Part shown: in pieces, positions 37,699-46,606 of the stretch | Layout of the letters: every line of letters starts with the position of its first letter | Numbering within the stretch: position 1 is the stretch's first letter | Origin: Planctomycetota bacterium | GTDB taxonomy: Bacteria > Planctomycetota > UBA11346 | Assembly (NCBI GenBank): GCA_038231435.1 | Contig: JBBRLJ010000001.1 | Location: forward strand, 96,001-160,000 | Direction of reading: 5' to 3' | Length of the DNA: 64,000 nt | Position numbers and translations under genes: made by a program | The notes under the pieces: model-generated | Told to the model about the DNA's origin: nothing | Seen by the model: only the letters and a program-made list of their open reading frames with translations | Databases searched by the model: none

Positions 37699-38586
37699 TC
37701 AGGAATGTTTCTTGGCGACGCGCATGACCATGGTCAGGAGTCGGCGCGCGCCGGTTCCAAGCACCAGCACGGCGCCCAGGAACGCCACCGCCATCTGGCC
37801 TGGAGGATGATCCCGGTGATTCGCCCAGACGAATGCCAGGATCGTGACCATCAGCGCGATCGCCGGCGCCGCGATGAACATGCCAGCCAAGGTGCGGCAC
37901 CACGAGCGCGCGATGAGCGCCGGCAACACCAAGCAGCCGAAGGTGAAAAGCGTACCGGCACTAGCGATGGCGAGACCGAGTGCGACGCCTAGGGACAGCG
38001 CGAGACCCGCCGACCACCAGTTCACCCGGATGCCGACGGCGGAGGCGAAGGTGGGATCGAGCACCACCAGGCAGATCCTCCGGCGGAACACCGCGAAGCC
38101 GACCGCGATGACCACCGCGAGCGCGGCGAACATTTCCACATCGATGCGCGATGCGCCGATCAGGGACGACGCGAACAGGTGGCTGACCTGCTCGAGATCG
38201 TGCGGGTGGGTCGCCAAGAGCAGCATGGGCATGCACCCGCCCATCAGGAACAGCCAGGCGGTAGAGGAATCGCCCGAGCGGCCGCGCGCGAGCCCCGCGA
38301 TCGACGCGAGCGTTCCGCCGATGATCGCGGCGGCGGTGTTCGCGGCATGGCCAGGATCGCCTTCATGGGAGGCCAGCCATGGGATGGCGAACGCCGTTGA
38401 TGCCCACAGCGCGATGGCGACGCTCCCCGCCGAGGCCTGGGCCACCGCCGCGCCGAGAAAGGCCTGGTTGCGGGCCACGACCAGGCAGCCGAGCTGGGCC
38501 AGTGCCACCGCGATCAGCCAGCCGGAGAGGTACGAATTGCCGAAGAATTGCCACGAGGTGAGGAATTCCTTGATGAAAGCGTTCAT
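37699..38586 (-). CDS. metal ABC transporter permease (ZnuB/TroCD-like)
   Basis: Highly hydrophobic; FLGAAVAQ, LDPTFASAVG, GTLFTFGCLVLPAL; ATGA overlap with ATPase. Confidence 0.85.
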   Translation of the reverse strand: MNAFIKEFLTSWQFFGNSYLSGWLIAVALAQLGCLVVARNQAFLGAAVAQASAGSVAIALWASTAFAIPWLASHEGDPGHAANTAAAIIGGTLASIAGLARGRSGDSSTAWLFLMGGCMPMLLLATHPHDLEQVSHLFASSLIGASRIDVEMFAALAVVIAVGFAVFRRRICLVVLDPTFASAVGIRVNWWSAGLALSLGVALGLAIASAGTLFTFGCLVLPALIARSWCRTLAGMFIAAPAIALMVTILAFVWANHRDHPPGQMAVAFLGAVLVLGTGARRLLTMVMRVAKKHS

Positions 38587-39329
38587 CGCCGCGCCTCCGC
38601 GACCGCCGCCGCCAGGCCCGAGGCCGCCGCCGGCTGCAGTCCGTAGGCGTGCTGCAACCGCTCGGGCGTCAGCACCTCGACGATCGATCCCGCCGACACC
38701 TGGCCGCGATCGAAGAGCGCGGCGTGGGTGGCGCACTGCGACGCGAGCGCCAGGTCGTGCGTGACCAGCAGAATGGTCATGCCGCCGCCCGCATGCAGCT
38801 TGGCGAGGGTCTCGACCAATTCGTGCTCGCTGGTCGGATCGAGCCCGTTGGTCGGCTCGTCGAGCAGCAGCAGGGTCGGGCGACGCGCCAGCGCGCGAGC
38901 GAGCACCCCTCGCTGGCGCTGCCCGCCCGAGAGCGACAGGTAGGCGGCGTTCGGGCGGTCTCCCAGGGCGACTCGCGCGAGCGCCTCTTCCACCCGGTCC
39001 TTCGCCTCCATCCCACGGGCACCGGTGCCGACCAATCCCAATTCGACGAATTCGCGTAGGGATACCGGCACCGTATCCGGAAAATCGGTGCGCTGGGGCA
39101 CGATGCCGATGCGCGCGCTGTGCGGGAACGAGGATGCGAGCGTGAGCGTCCCACCGAGCGGCGCGAGTTGCCCGAGCAGCACCTTGAGCAAGGTGCTCTT
39201 GCCGCAGCCGTTCGGGCCGAGCACGCACCAGAACTCGCCCTCGGCAACCGTCAGATCGATGGTGGCGAGCGGGCAGCCAGGCGCATACCCCAGCACCAGC
39301 GAGCGCGTGCTGAACAGCGGCGTAGTCAT
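38583..39329 (-). CDS. metal ABC transporter ATP-binding protein (ZnuC-like)
   Basis: GPNGCGKSTLLK, IGIVPQ, LSGGQRQR, LLLDEPT, VTHDL. Confidence 0.9.
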   Translation of the reverse strand: MTTPLFSTRSLVLGYAPGCPLATIDLTVAEGEFWCVLGPNGCGKSTLLKVLLGQLAPLGGTLTLASSFPHSARIGIVPQRTDFPDTVPVSLREFVELGLVGTGARGMEAKDRVEEALARVALGDRPNAAYLSLSGGQRQRGVLARALARRPTLLLLDEPTNGLDPTSEHELVETLAKLHAGGGMTILLVTHDLALASQCATHAALFDRGQVSAGSIVEVLTPERLQHAYGLQPAAASGLAAAVAEARR

Positions 39330-40360
39330 TTGCCTGCCGCGAATGCGTCGGCGACGGCCGTGACATTATGGTCGATGAATGCCAGGTAGTCATCGGTGCC
39401 GGCCAACGCGCCGACCTGGTGCGCCATCGCGGCGATATGCCCTCCGGTCTGCTCGGCGACCACGCGCGCATCCTTCGGGTCGAAGAACGGCGTGGTCAGG
39501 ATCACGACGATGCCCTGGGACTTCATCATCGATATCACCTCTTGCAGGTGCTTGGTCGTCGGCGGGATGCCTGGCTTGGGCTCCAGATAGCCCACGACCT
39601 CGAAGCCGAAGGTGCGCGAGAAGTACGGCCACACCGCGTGATCGGCGACGACCTTCTTCCCATTGCATGCGCGCATACGCCCGAGCCATCCACCGAGCTT
39701 GGCGTCGTCGCCCTGACTCTTGAGGAATTCGCCGAGCTTGCCGCGCTCGACCAGAAGCCCGAGCTTGGACGGATCGTATTTCGAGGAGAGCTCCTTGCCG
39801 AACAGCCGCTCGCCGAGGCGCTTGGCGAAATCCTGGTAACGGCCGTGAACGTACTCCGCATCGGCGGGGCGCAGCTCGGCGATCTTGGCCTCGATCAGCG
39901 CCGCCACCTTCAGCCCGCTGAGCGGATCCGTGAAGAAGTGCGGATTACCGCCCGGATGGACGTCGCCCAGGGAGCGGTCTACCGTGCCGGTAGGTACCTC
40001 CAGGGGCTGGATGACCGTGCAGGCCTCGAGGAAGCCCGGTGTTCCAGGCAGCACCTTCTCATTGCGCGCGTTCTTGAGCAGGACCGGGGCCCAGCCGATC
40101 TCGAGCTCGAGACCGCTCTGGATGAAGAGGTCGGCGTTCGCGAGTGCGCGCACGAAGCTCGGCCGCGCCTCGATGTAATGCGGATCCTCGGGTCCCTTGG
40201 CGAAGGTGGTGACCTTCACGCGCTCGCCGCCGACTTCCTGGGTCAAGGAGGCGAGATCGGGGACGGTGACGCATACCTCCAATGGTTTGTCGGCCGCGAT
40301 GCCTGGCGCGGCGAGCGCGAGAACCAGCAGGATGATGGTGGCGATGGGGAGTGGTTTCAT
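39326..40360 (-). CDS. metal ABC transporter substrate-binding protein (ZnuA/TroA-like)
   Basis: Signal peptide, EDPHY, GLELE.GW, GDVHPGGNPH, DH..W.YF, LEPKPGIPPT..HL. Confidence 0.92.
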   Translation of the reverse strand: MKPLPIATIILLVLALAAPGIAADKPLEVCVTVPDLASLTQEVGGERVKVTTFAKGPEDPHYIEARPSFVRALANADLFIQSGLELEIGWAPVLLKNARNEKVLPGTPGFLEACTVIQPLEVPTGTVDRSLGDVHPGGNPHFFTDPLSGLKVAALIEAKIAELRPADAEYVHGRYQDFAKRLGERLFGKELSSKYDPSKLGLLVERGKLGEFLKSQGDDAKLGGWLGRMRACNGKKVVADHAVWPYFSRTFGFEVVGYLEPKPGIPPTTKHLQEVISMMKSQGIVVILTTPFFDPKDARVVAEQTGGHIAAMAHQVGALAGTDDYLAFIDHNVTAVADAFAAGK

Positions 40361-40372
40361 GGTGGATCTCGC

Positions 40373-41743
40373 TCAGTAATTGTGCGCGGGATGCGCGCCG
40401 ATCATGACTTCGAATCCGAGCCACACGCTCTGGGCGTCGTGCGTCGGCAGCGCGGCGGAATGGTCGAAATCGTATTGGAGCCTGAACTTCGAGAATTCAC
40501 TGGGATTGAAGGTCAGGAGCGGCGACAGGCGATAGCGGTTGTCGCGAGTCGGATCAGCGTCGTGGCTGACCAGACCGGTTCCAACCTGGTACGAATCGCC
40601 AGCTCCAGTCGCGTATTCGGCGCGGAATCCGGCGGCCCAGCGGGGCTGGAAGCCGACCACGACCTGGGAGCATATGCCCCAGTCCCTGAGGAGGTCCGCG
40701 GGGATTAACCCCGCGCTCACCGGATCCACCGCCGCGTCGGCGTGGTAGCGACGGGCAATGACCTCGGTCTGCCACACCAGGCTCGGGATGGCGCGCACCC
40801 GCTCGTGCCATTTGACCAGCAGGTCGGCGCCGAAGATCTCGGTCCGACCGGTCGGCCCGGTATTATTGGGGCCGAATGCCGCGGACACGCCGAACTGGAG
40901 CATGGTCGCCTCGGGCAACTCCCAATTGTTCACCCAGCGCACCGCGTACAGGAAATCAGCCAGGCTGCGCGTGGTGCGCGCGACCGCGGGTCGGCCACCG
41001 ATGGTGAGCGGTGGACCGCTCGCAGGAGTCTCCCCGCCCATGAAGCTGCGCTCGGTGGCGTCGTCGGGATTCTGCATGCCCGCGAACACCTCTGAGAACC
41101 ACGGCAGCGGCGCGAGCCATGATACGCGGCCGCCCACGCCCCGGTTCCCATCTGGGCCGAAGATGCGCGAGTTCACCACCGGCTCGTCGAGCCATGGCCA
41201 CTGGTGCGGATGCTGCGGATTGGTGCGGCCGAATTCGGTGAGGTAGTAGCCACCCTTGAACTGGAGGGAGTACGGAAGCTGCGTCGTCGTCGCGTAGGCC
41301 TCTTCGAGCTCGACGCCGTCCTCCTTATAGACGATGTGCGCCTCGGCGTTGAAGTACGGATCCACAGCCCCGAAAAACGAGATCTCAGCCTGCTGCAGCG
41401 TGAAGCCGCGGCGCTTGGGATCGTGATCTCCGCCCTGGAGCTGGGTGATCTGCGGATCGGTGGCTGTCGAGGCCCCGCCCGCCGTGTTGATATCGAGCGA
41501 GACGTCGGCCAGTTTGACGGTCGGGCTGCCGCCTCCACCCCCGATCTGGGCGATTGGGGCGCGCGTGGTCGTCGCATCACCGCGAGGCACGGGCCGAGCA
41601 GGTGCATCGAGGCCAGCGAGCGCGCGATCGAGCGCGGCGTTGGGATCGTCGGTGGGCGGGTTCTCCGCGGCCTGTATCAGGGTGGGGGAAAAGAGGACAG
41701 CGGCGGCTGCTGGCAGCAGCCACCACAGCACGGGGCTGCGCAT
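40373..41743 (-). CDS. outer-membrane beta-barrel of the zinc-regulated porin/receptor type
   Basis: Signal peptide, GDHDP..GF.LQQAE...GAVDPYF, LEEAY, FGRTNPQHPHQW, SEFSKFRLQY, C-terminal IGAHPAHNY. Confidence 0.82.
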   Translation of the reverse strand: MRSPVLWWLLPAAAAVLFSPTLIQAAENPPTDDPNAALDRALAGLDAPARPVPRGDATTTRAPIAQIGGGGGSPTVKLADVSLDINTAGGASTATDPQITQLQGGDHDPKRRGFTLQQAEISFFGAVDPYFNAEAHIVYKEDGVELEEAYATTTQLPYSLQFKGGYYLTEFGRTNPQHPHQWPWLDEPVVNSRIFGPDGNRGVGGRVSWLAPLPWFSEVFAGMQNPDDATERSFMGGETPASGPPLTIGGRPAVARTTRSLADFLYAVRWVNNWELPEATMLQFGVSAAFGPNNTGPTGRTEIFGADLLVKWHERVRAIPSLVWQTEVIARRYHADAAVDPVSAGLIPADLLRDWGICSQVVVGFQPRWAAGFRAEYATGAGDSYQVGTGLVSHDADPTRDNRYRLSPLLTFNPSEFSKFRLQYDFDHSAALPTHDAQSVWLGFEVMIGAHPAHNY

Positions 41744-41748
41744 GGGAT

Positions 41749-41826
41749 CTCCGTCGGGAACATGGAGTCGTCGGGGTGCGCGCACGCGCACCGGAGCGAG
41801 GAATCAGCTCAACGACGATGACGGAG
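41749..41826 (-). promoter_or_regulatory. SD-sequestering RNA structure linking the uORF 3' end to the porin RBS
   Basis: mRNA CUCCGUC (41826-41820) pairs with GACGGAG SD (41755-41749); UCGUCG (41818-41813) with CGACGA (41773-41768); inner hairpin 41775-41792. Confidence 0.6.
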
Positions 41827-42166
41827 GCCCGCGCGCGGGCGGTTGACGAGAGAGCCCAGGAGCCCACCCCCAACCGATCGGTGGTGCGTTCAGGGTGACG
41901 GGGATGGAAGGAGGCGCGATGACCGAGGGAGCCAGCGGCTCAATGGCCTGGCCCGGCGCAGAGGACAGCAGCTGGCAGATCGCGCACGTCGTGTCGTCAT
42001 GGTCGCTAGCGATCGACGCCAGGGTGACGGTCGATGCGCGCGCACCGGTCTGCTGCGCGTGATGTTGCGCCTCGTGCACCAGGCGCAGGACGGGGACGCC
42101 GAGGCTGGCGATGAGCGCCAGTGCGACGAGCAGATTCCCCACCAACGTGCGTCCGACCAATGCCAT
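41804..42166 (-). CDS. DUF2946-like leader/arrest peptide (TM - His cluster - CxxC - Pro-rich - RGPP)
   Basis: N-terminal hydrophobic segment, HEAQHH, DHDDTTCAICQ, C-terminal PPARGPP; heads the metal-uptake operon. Confidence 0.78.
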   Translation of the reverse strand: MALVGRTLVGNLLVALALIASLGVPVLRLVHEAQHHAQQTGARASTVTLASIASDHDDTTCAICQLLSSAPGQAIEPLAPSVIAPPSIPVTLNAPPIGWGWAPGLSRQPPARGPPSSSLS

Positions 42167-42294
42167 CGACGCAGGTCTAACTGTGCCTTACACGAATGCA
42201 AAGACGAGGACGGCTGTCGCATTGCGCAAGAGCGCAACGATCGACGCCATCGACCGGTACCGAGGTACTCCACGGTGACGGTGATGGCGCCGGA

Positions 42295-45195
42295 TCACCA
42301 GTAGATGAAACGCTCGAAATCGCTGCGTCCGGGATCCGGTAGCGCCGAGACGTCGAGCACCACGTAGCGGTTCTCCTCGACGTCGAGCAGGACCTTGCCC
42401 TTGGCGCCGTAATCCTGGGCGGTGTCGTACGACCACTTCATGATGAACTCGCGCTCGCCGAGATCGGTCTGGACCTTGAGCATCAGGTAGTCGTGCTCGA
42501 CGCGGATCGAGTCAATGGCTGTCACGGTGTGGATCAGATAGCGGCGCTGCAGCGATTCGCGGATCAGCTTCTGGGCGGCCTCGGGCCACTCGGAGAGGTC
42601 GCGGATCAGGCCGATCTCCTGCTCGCGGTTGTCCTCGATGACCCAACGCAGGCTGATGTATTTGTCCGGGTGGCGCACCGGCATGCAGCGCAGGGTGAAC
42701 ACGCCGTCGTAGGTGCGGTCGTTGGCGACGGTGACGTGCAGGGTCTGGCGCTCGTCGAGCGTGATGGTGGTGAACTCGGGCTTCAGCCAGCGTGGCCGGT
42801 GGCCGGTGACCGGCCCCAGCCCGGTGGTGGCATCGACCCCCTCCTTGGAGGCCGAGGATCCCGCGCCACCGCGCGTCTGCTTCTCCTGCTCGACCAGCGT
42901 ATCGATGCTGCCTTCGTCGGCGGCGCCTTGGATGCGCACCAGCTTGGCGTAGCGGCCGTCCAGTTTCATCAGTTCGGCGTGCGCACCCTGCTCGACGATA
43001 CGGCCGTCGTCGACCACCATGATGCTGTCGCAGTTGCGTAGCGTGCTCAGGCGATGTGCGATGATGATGCTGGTGCGGCCCTTCACCAGTTCGCCGAGCG
43101 CGGTCTGGATCGCCAGCTCGGACTCGCTGTCGACCGATGACGTCGCCTCATCGAGGATCAGGATGCGCGGCTCGCACAACAGCGCCCTGGCGATCGATAG
43201 CCGCTGGCGCTCGCCACCCGACAAGCCCGCGCCGCGTTCGCCGACCCAGGTGTCGTAGGCCTGCATCTGGCGCATGATGAAGTCATGGGAATTGCCGGCG
43301 CGGCTCGCGGCGATGACGTCCTCGATCGAGGCGTCCGAGCGGCCGTACGCGAGGTTGTCCCAGAGCGTGCCGCGGAACAGGAACGGCTCCTGAAGCACCA
43401 CGCCGATGTTGCGGCGCAGGTCGTTCTTGCTCATCTGCCGAACCTCGATGCCGTCGATCAGCACCTGGCCCTCGTCCACGTCGTAGAAGCGCGAGATCAG
43501 ATTGATGACCGTCGACTTGCCCGAGCCGCTGCGCCCCACCACGCCGATCATCTGCCCCGGCTGAATGTGGAAGTCGACATTCTTGAGGATCGGCGACTGC
43601 CGGCTGTAGCCGAAGGTCACGCCCTTGAACTCGATCTCGCCGCGCATCTTCGGCAGCGCCTGCGGCTGGGTGGCCTCGGGGATGGCGATCGGAGTATCGA
43701 GCACCTCGAAGATGCGATGCATCTGCGTGCTGAATTGGGTCAGCCACGAGGTCAGATTGGTGAGCCCCGATAGCGGCCCGTAGAATAGCCCAAGATAGCT
43801 GAAGAAGGCGATCAGGGTGCCGAGGCTGATGCCCGCGGCGTTGTCGGCGCCGACGCCCTGGCCGATCGAGACGTTGTTCTCGAGCACCTTCTGTCCGCCC
43901 ACGTACCAGACGATCCACCCGCCGACACCGAAGATCAGGCCCATCAACGGGTAGAAGGTCGCGGCCGAGGCGTCGACGCGCAGGCGGGCGTCGCGCAGGG
44001 TCTCGGACGAGGCGGTGAAGCGCTTGAGCTCACGGTCCTCCTGGGCGAAGGATTTCACCACGCGGATGCCGCTGAGCAGACCGTTGAGCATGCCGGCCTG
44101 GCGCGACGAACGCTCCCAGAAGCGCTGGTAATGCGGGTAGACGAAGCGGTAGAAGATGAAGGTGCCCGCGATCACGAACGGCGCCGGGATCAGCGCCCAC
44201 AGCGCCAGGTGCGGCTCCAGGCTGTACATCGAGATGGCGGCGAGGATCACCATCAGGATCTGCATCAGGAAGCCGGCGGTGAGCTGGCCCATGAAGCCCT
44301 GAACCGCTTCGGTGTCGTAGGCGACTCGACCGACCAGCGACCCCACCGACTGCTTGTCGTAGTAGCTCAGGCTCAGCTGCTCGAGATGGCCGACCAGCTT
44401 GGTGCGGATGTCGAAGGAGATCGAGGTGCCGACCCGGCTGGCGATGCGGCCGTTGGCTACCGTGGCGATCGCGCGCAGGATCTGCGCCAGCGCGTACGCG
44501 CCGACCACCAGCAGCAGCAGGTGCGTGGGCTGCGTGACGTGCTCGAGGAAAGCGAACGGCTGGGACTTGCCCGCTGATTTCGGATCGAGGACGTGATCGA
44601 TGAGGTACTGGATCAGCCGAGGCGCGATCATGTCGAGAGCGACGGCGATGATCAGCAGCGCCATCATCGCGAAGGCCGCAGGCCAATAGGGCCTCATCAG
44701 CTGCATGACCCGCGAGAGGGCGGCGCCGTGCTTCACCGCGAATGGCGACAGCTGGCCTGGATACTCGAGGATGATGCCCGAGACCGCGCAGCGGCGCGGG
44801 TCGACGTCGTCCTCGGGCGAGAATTCGATTGGCTTCCCCTGGCGCAGCTGGTCGAGGCGCTTCCCGGCGCGCCCGAAATGGTATTTCGCGCGGTTGCTGT
44901 AGCGCGCGATGTCGAGCCAGATGCCGCCGACCTTGGCCTGGAGCAGCCCCGATCCGTAGACCGCGACGGTGCGGAATTCCTGGGTCTCGGCGAATGCGAG
45001 CACCAGCAGCGGTTTCGCCGGCGCGGTCTCGTCCAAGACCCATACCGTCGACGCGCTCGCGACCACCCACTGCCTGACGTAGAGGCCGGTGAGGTTGATG
45101 TCGGTGGCGATCGAGATCGCCACGTCGCGCGGATCGCCGCCCGCCTGGCGAAGGCCATCGGCGATGGCCGGAGGCAGGTCTTCCTTGAGCTTCAT
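42295..45195 (-). CDS. ABC transporter permease/ATP-binding protein fused to a C-terminal DUF1854-like domain
   Basis: TMD; GRSGSGKST, LSGGERQR, LILDEATSSVD, IAHRLST; C-terminal RCMPV..P..YISL..EIGLI.DL..L..RY..VQTDLG.REF..LLDVEENRY; start 45195 or 45249. Confidence 0.88.
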   Translation of the reverse strand: MKLKEDLPPAIADGLRQAGGDPRDVAISIATDINLTGLYVRQWVVASASTVWVLDETAPAKPLLVLAFAETQEFRTVAVYGSGLLQAKVGGIWLDIARYSNRAKYHFGRAGKRLDQLRQGKPIEFSPEDDVDPRRCAVSGIILEYPGQLSPFAVKHGAALSRVMQLMRPYWPAAFAMMALLIIAVALDMIAPRLIQYLIDHVLDPKSAGKSQPFAFLEHVTQPTHLLLLVVGAYALAQILRAIATVANGRIASRVGTSISFDIRTKLVGHLEQLSLSYYDKQSVGSLVGRVAYDTEAVQGFMGQLTAGFLMQILMVILAAISMYSLEPHLALWALIPAPFVIAGTFIFYRFVYPHYQRFWERSSRQAGMLNGLLSGIRVVKSFAQEDRELKRFTASSETLRDARLRVDASAATFYPLMGLIFGVGGWIVWYVGGQKVLENNVSIGQGVGADNAAGISLGTLIAFFSYLGLFYGPLSGLTNLTSWLTQFSTQMHRIFEVLDTPIAIPEATQPQALPKMRGEIEFKGVTFGYSRQSPILKNVDFHIQPGQMIGVVGRSGSGKSTVINLISRFYDVDEGQVLIDGIEVRQMSKNDLRRNIGVVLQEPFLFRGTLWDNLAYGRSDASIEDVIAASRAGNSHDFIMRQMQAYDTWVGERGAGLSGGERQRLSIARALLCEPRILILDEATSSVDSESELAIQTALGELVKGRTSIIIAHRLSTLRNCDSIMVVDDGRIVEQGAHAELMKLDGRYAKLVRIQGAADEGSIDTLVEQEKQTRGGAGSSASKEGVDATTGLGPVTGHRPRWLKPEFTTITLDERQTLHVTVANDRTYDGVFTLRCMPVRHPDKYISLRWVIEDNREQEIGLIRDLSEWPEAAQKLIRESLQRRYLIHTVTAIDSIRVEHDYLMLKVQTDLGEREFIMKWSYDTAQDYGAKGKVLLDVEENRYVVLDVSALPDPGRSDFERFIYW

Positions 45196-45298
45196 GGCGG
45201 GCTGCGGTCCTACGGGAGGGCGTATGAGGAAGGGCGAGGTCTGGAACATGGCGGATCTCCAGCGGGTTGATGGCGTGGCGGCGACGTCACCGCCAGCA

Positions 45299-46126
45299 TC
45301 AACCCACCGACCTCACCTCGGGACGGTCCCACACGCCCGGCCCGCTGGCGATCGCGCGCTGTCGCGGCGTCAGATCCGCGCCGTCGCCCACTACCCGCGG
45401 CGAGCTCCCCCACTGCATGTAGGCCGGCGCGAACTTCAGCAGCGCCGCGCGGCGCTCGTGCGTTGCGCAAGTCCAGGGCATGGTGCCGTGCGACAGCGCC
45501 TCGGTGAACACCACCACGTCGCCGGCGCGCATGGGCACGTGTTCCAGCAGCGGATTATCCAGCACGCCGTACCACTGGGGCGGCAGCGGATACAGCGTCT
45601 TGTGCGTGCCGGGAACACAGCAGAAGCCTCCGGCTCCCGCCGGCACATCGCACAGGGCGTAGCTCACCACCACCAGTCCGTTGTGCATGCGCGCGCCGTG
45701 GGTCGTGTAAAAGCAGCCGTGATCGAACATCGCGGCGTTGTGGTGGAGCCCTTCACCGCCGCGCTGGCCATCGGCGCTCATCGCCATGCCGTAGGCGTGG
45801 TCGAGCCGGAACTTCTCGCCGATGATGCTGCGCAAGATCGGCAGGATGCGTGGGTGGTCGATGAGCCCGGCCCAGTCCTGACCCCACTCTAGGAATCCAG
45901 AGAAGCGCGACTTGAACGGATCGTTCGCCGCGTTCATGATGCCTTTGACGTCCATCTCGGCGCGCATGCGCTGGACACGCGAGGGTTCGAGCACGCCCCG
46001 AATGACGATGAAGCCACGGAGGTCGAAGAGGAACTTCTCCTCGGTGCTCATCTCACCGGGATAATCGGGCTCTTGGCGTTTGACGTCGTCGGTCGAGGTT
46101 CCGACCGCGGGAATCGTGGACTGCAT
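45299..46126 (-). CDS. PhyH-family Fe(II)/2OG oxygenase with non-canonical metal motif
   Basis: EKFLFDLRGF, FRLDHAY, GGFCCVPGTHK, AGDVVVFTEALSHGTMPW..ERR; AAGGAG SD. Confidence 0.85.
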   Translation of the reverse strand: MQSTIPAVGTSTDDVKRQEPDYPGEMSTEEKFLFDLRGFIVIRGVLEPSRVQRMRAEMDVKGIMNAANDPFKSRFSGFLEWGQDWAGLIDHPRILPILRSIIGEKFRLDHAYGMAMSADGQRGGEGLHHNAAMFDHGCFYTTHGARMHNGLVVVSYALCDVPAGAGGFCCVPGTHKTLYPLPPQWYGVLDNPLLEHVPMRAGDVVVFTEALSHGTMPWTCATHERRAALLKFAPAYMQWGSSPRVVGDGADLTPRQRAIASGPGVWDRPEVRSVG

Positions 46127-46564
46127 GCATGCTCCTTGCCGCGAATGCGGCATGGACGACGGAGCGTTGGAGCTCCGCCGAATGGTAGTGGAGGTGGGAG
46201 CCGCGTGGCGCGGCGATGATTCATTGGAGGCGAGCGCGAGGCGCTCATCCATTGCCCACGGAAGACCGCTGAAGGCCGCCGCGGGGCGCAGAGGATCGCT
46301 ACGGGCCCGGTAAGTCCCGCGAAGCGCGACCTGCCCGGCGCTAGGCCAGGACGGGACCCGGACCGAACAGACCGACAGCGCCGGCGTGATGCTGGCAGCT
46401 CGGGAACGTCGGCAGCGGAAGGAACTCGCGCGTGGTCATTGCGTCACCTGTGGGTGGAGACGCCCATTCGAATACCGAGCGGCCAGTCGGCGTCAAGCCA
46501 CCCGCGACATGCGAATACCGCGCCGAAACGGGAATATGACATCGCAAGACCTTGCCGCACAGCC

Positions 46565-46591
46565 GCCGCGGCATGGGCGCCATGCCGCGGC
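46565..46591 (-). terminator. 12-bp hairpin downstream of the Gfo/Idh/MocA gene
   Basis: GCCGCGGCATGG-GCG-CCATGCCGCGGC, 15 nt after the stop codon; no U-tract. Confidence 0.5.
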
Positions 46592-46606
46592 AGGTGCCGC
46601 GAGCAT

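Noticed and set aside
42222..42237. TTGCGC-N4-GCGCAA palindrome as a Zur/Fur box
   Set aside because: Short, GC-rich and unlike the AT-rich Zur/Fur consensus; could be chance.
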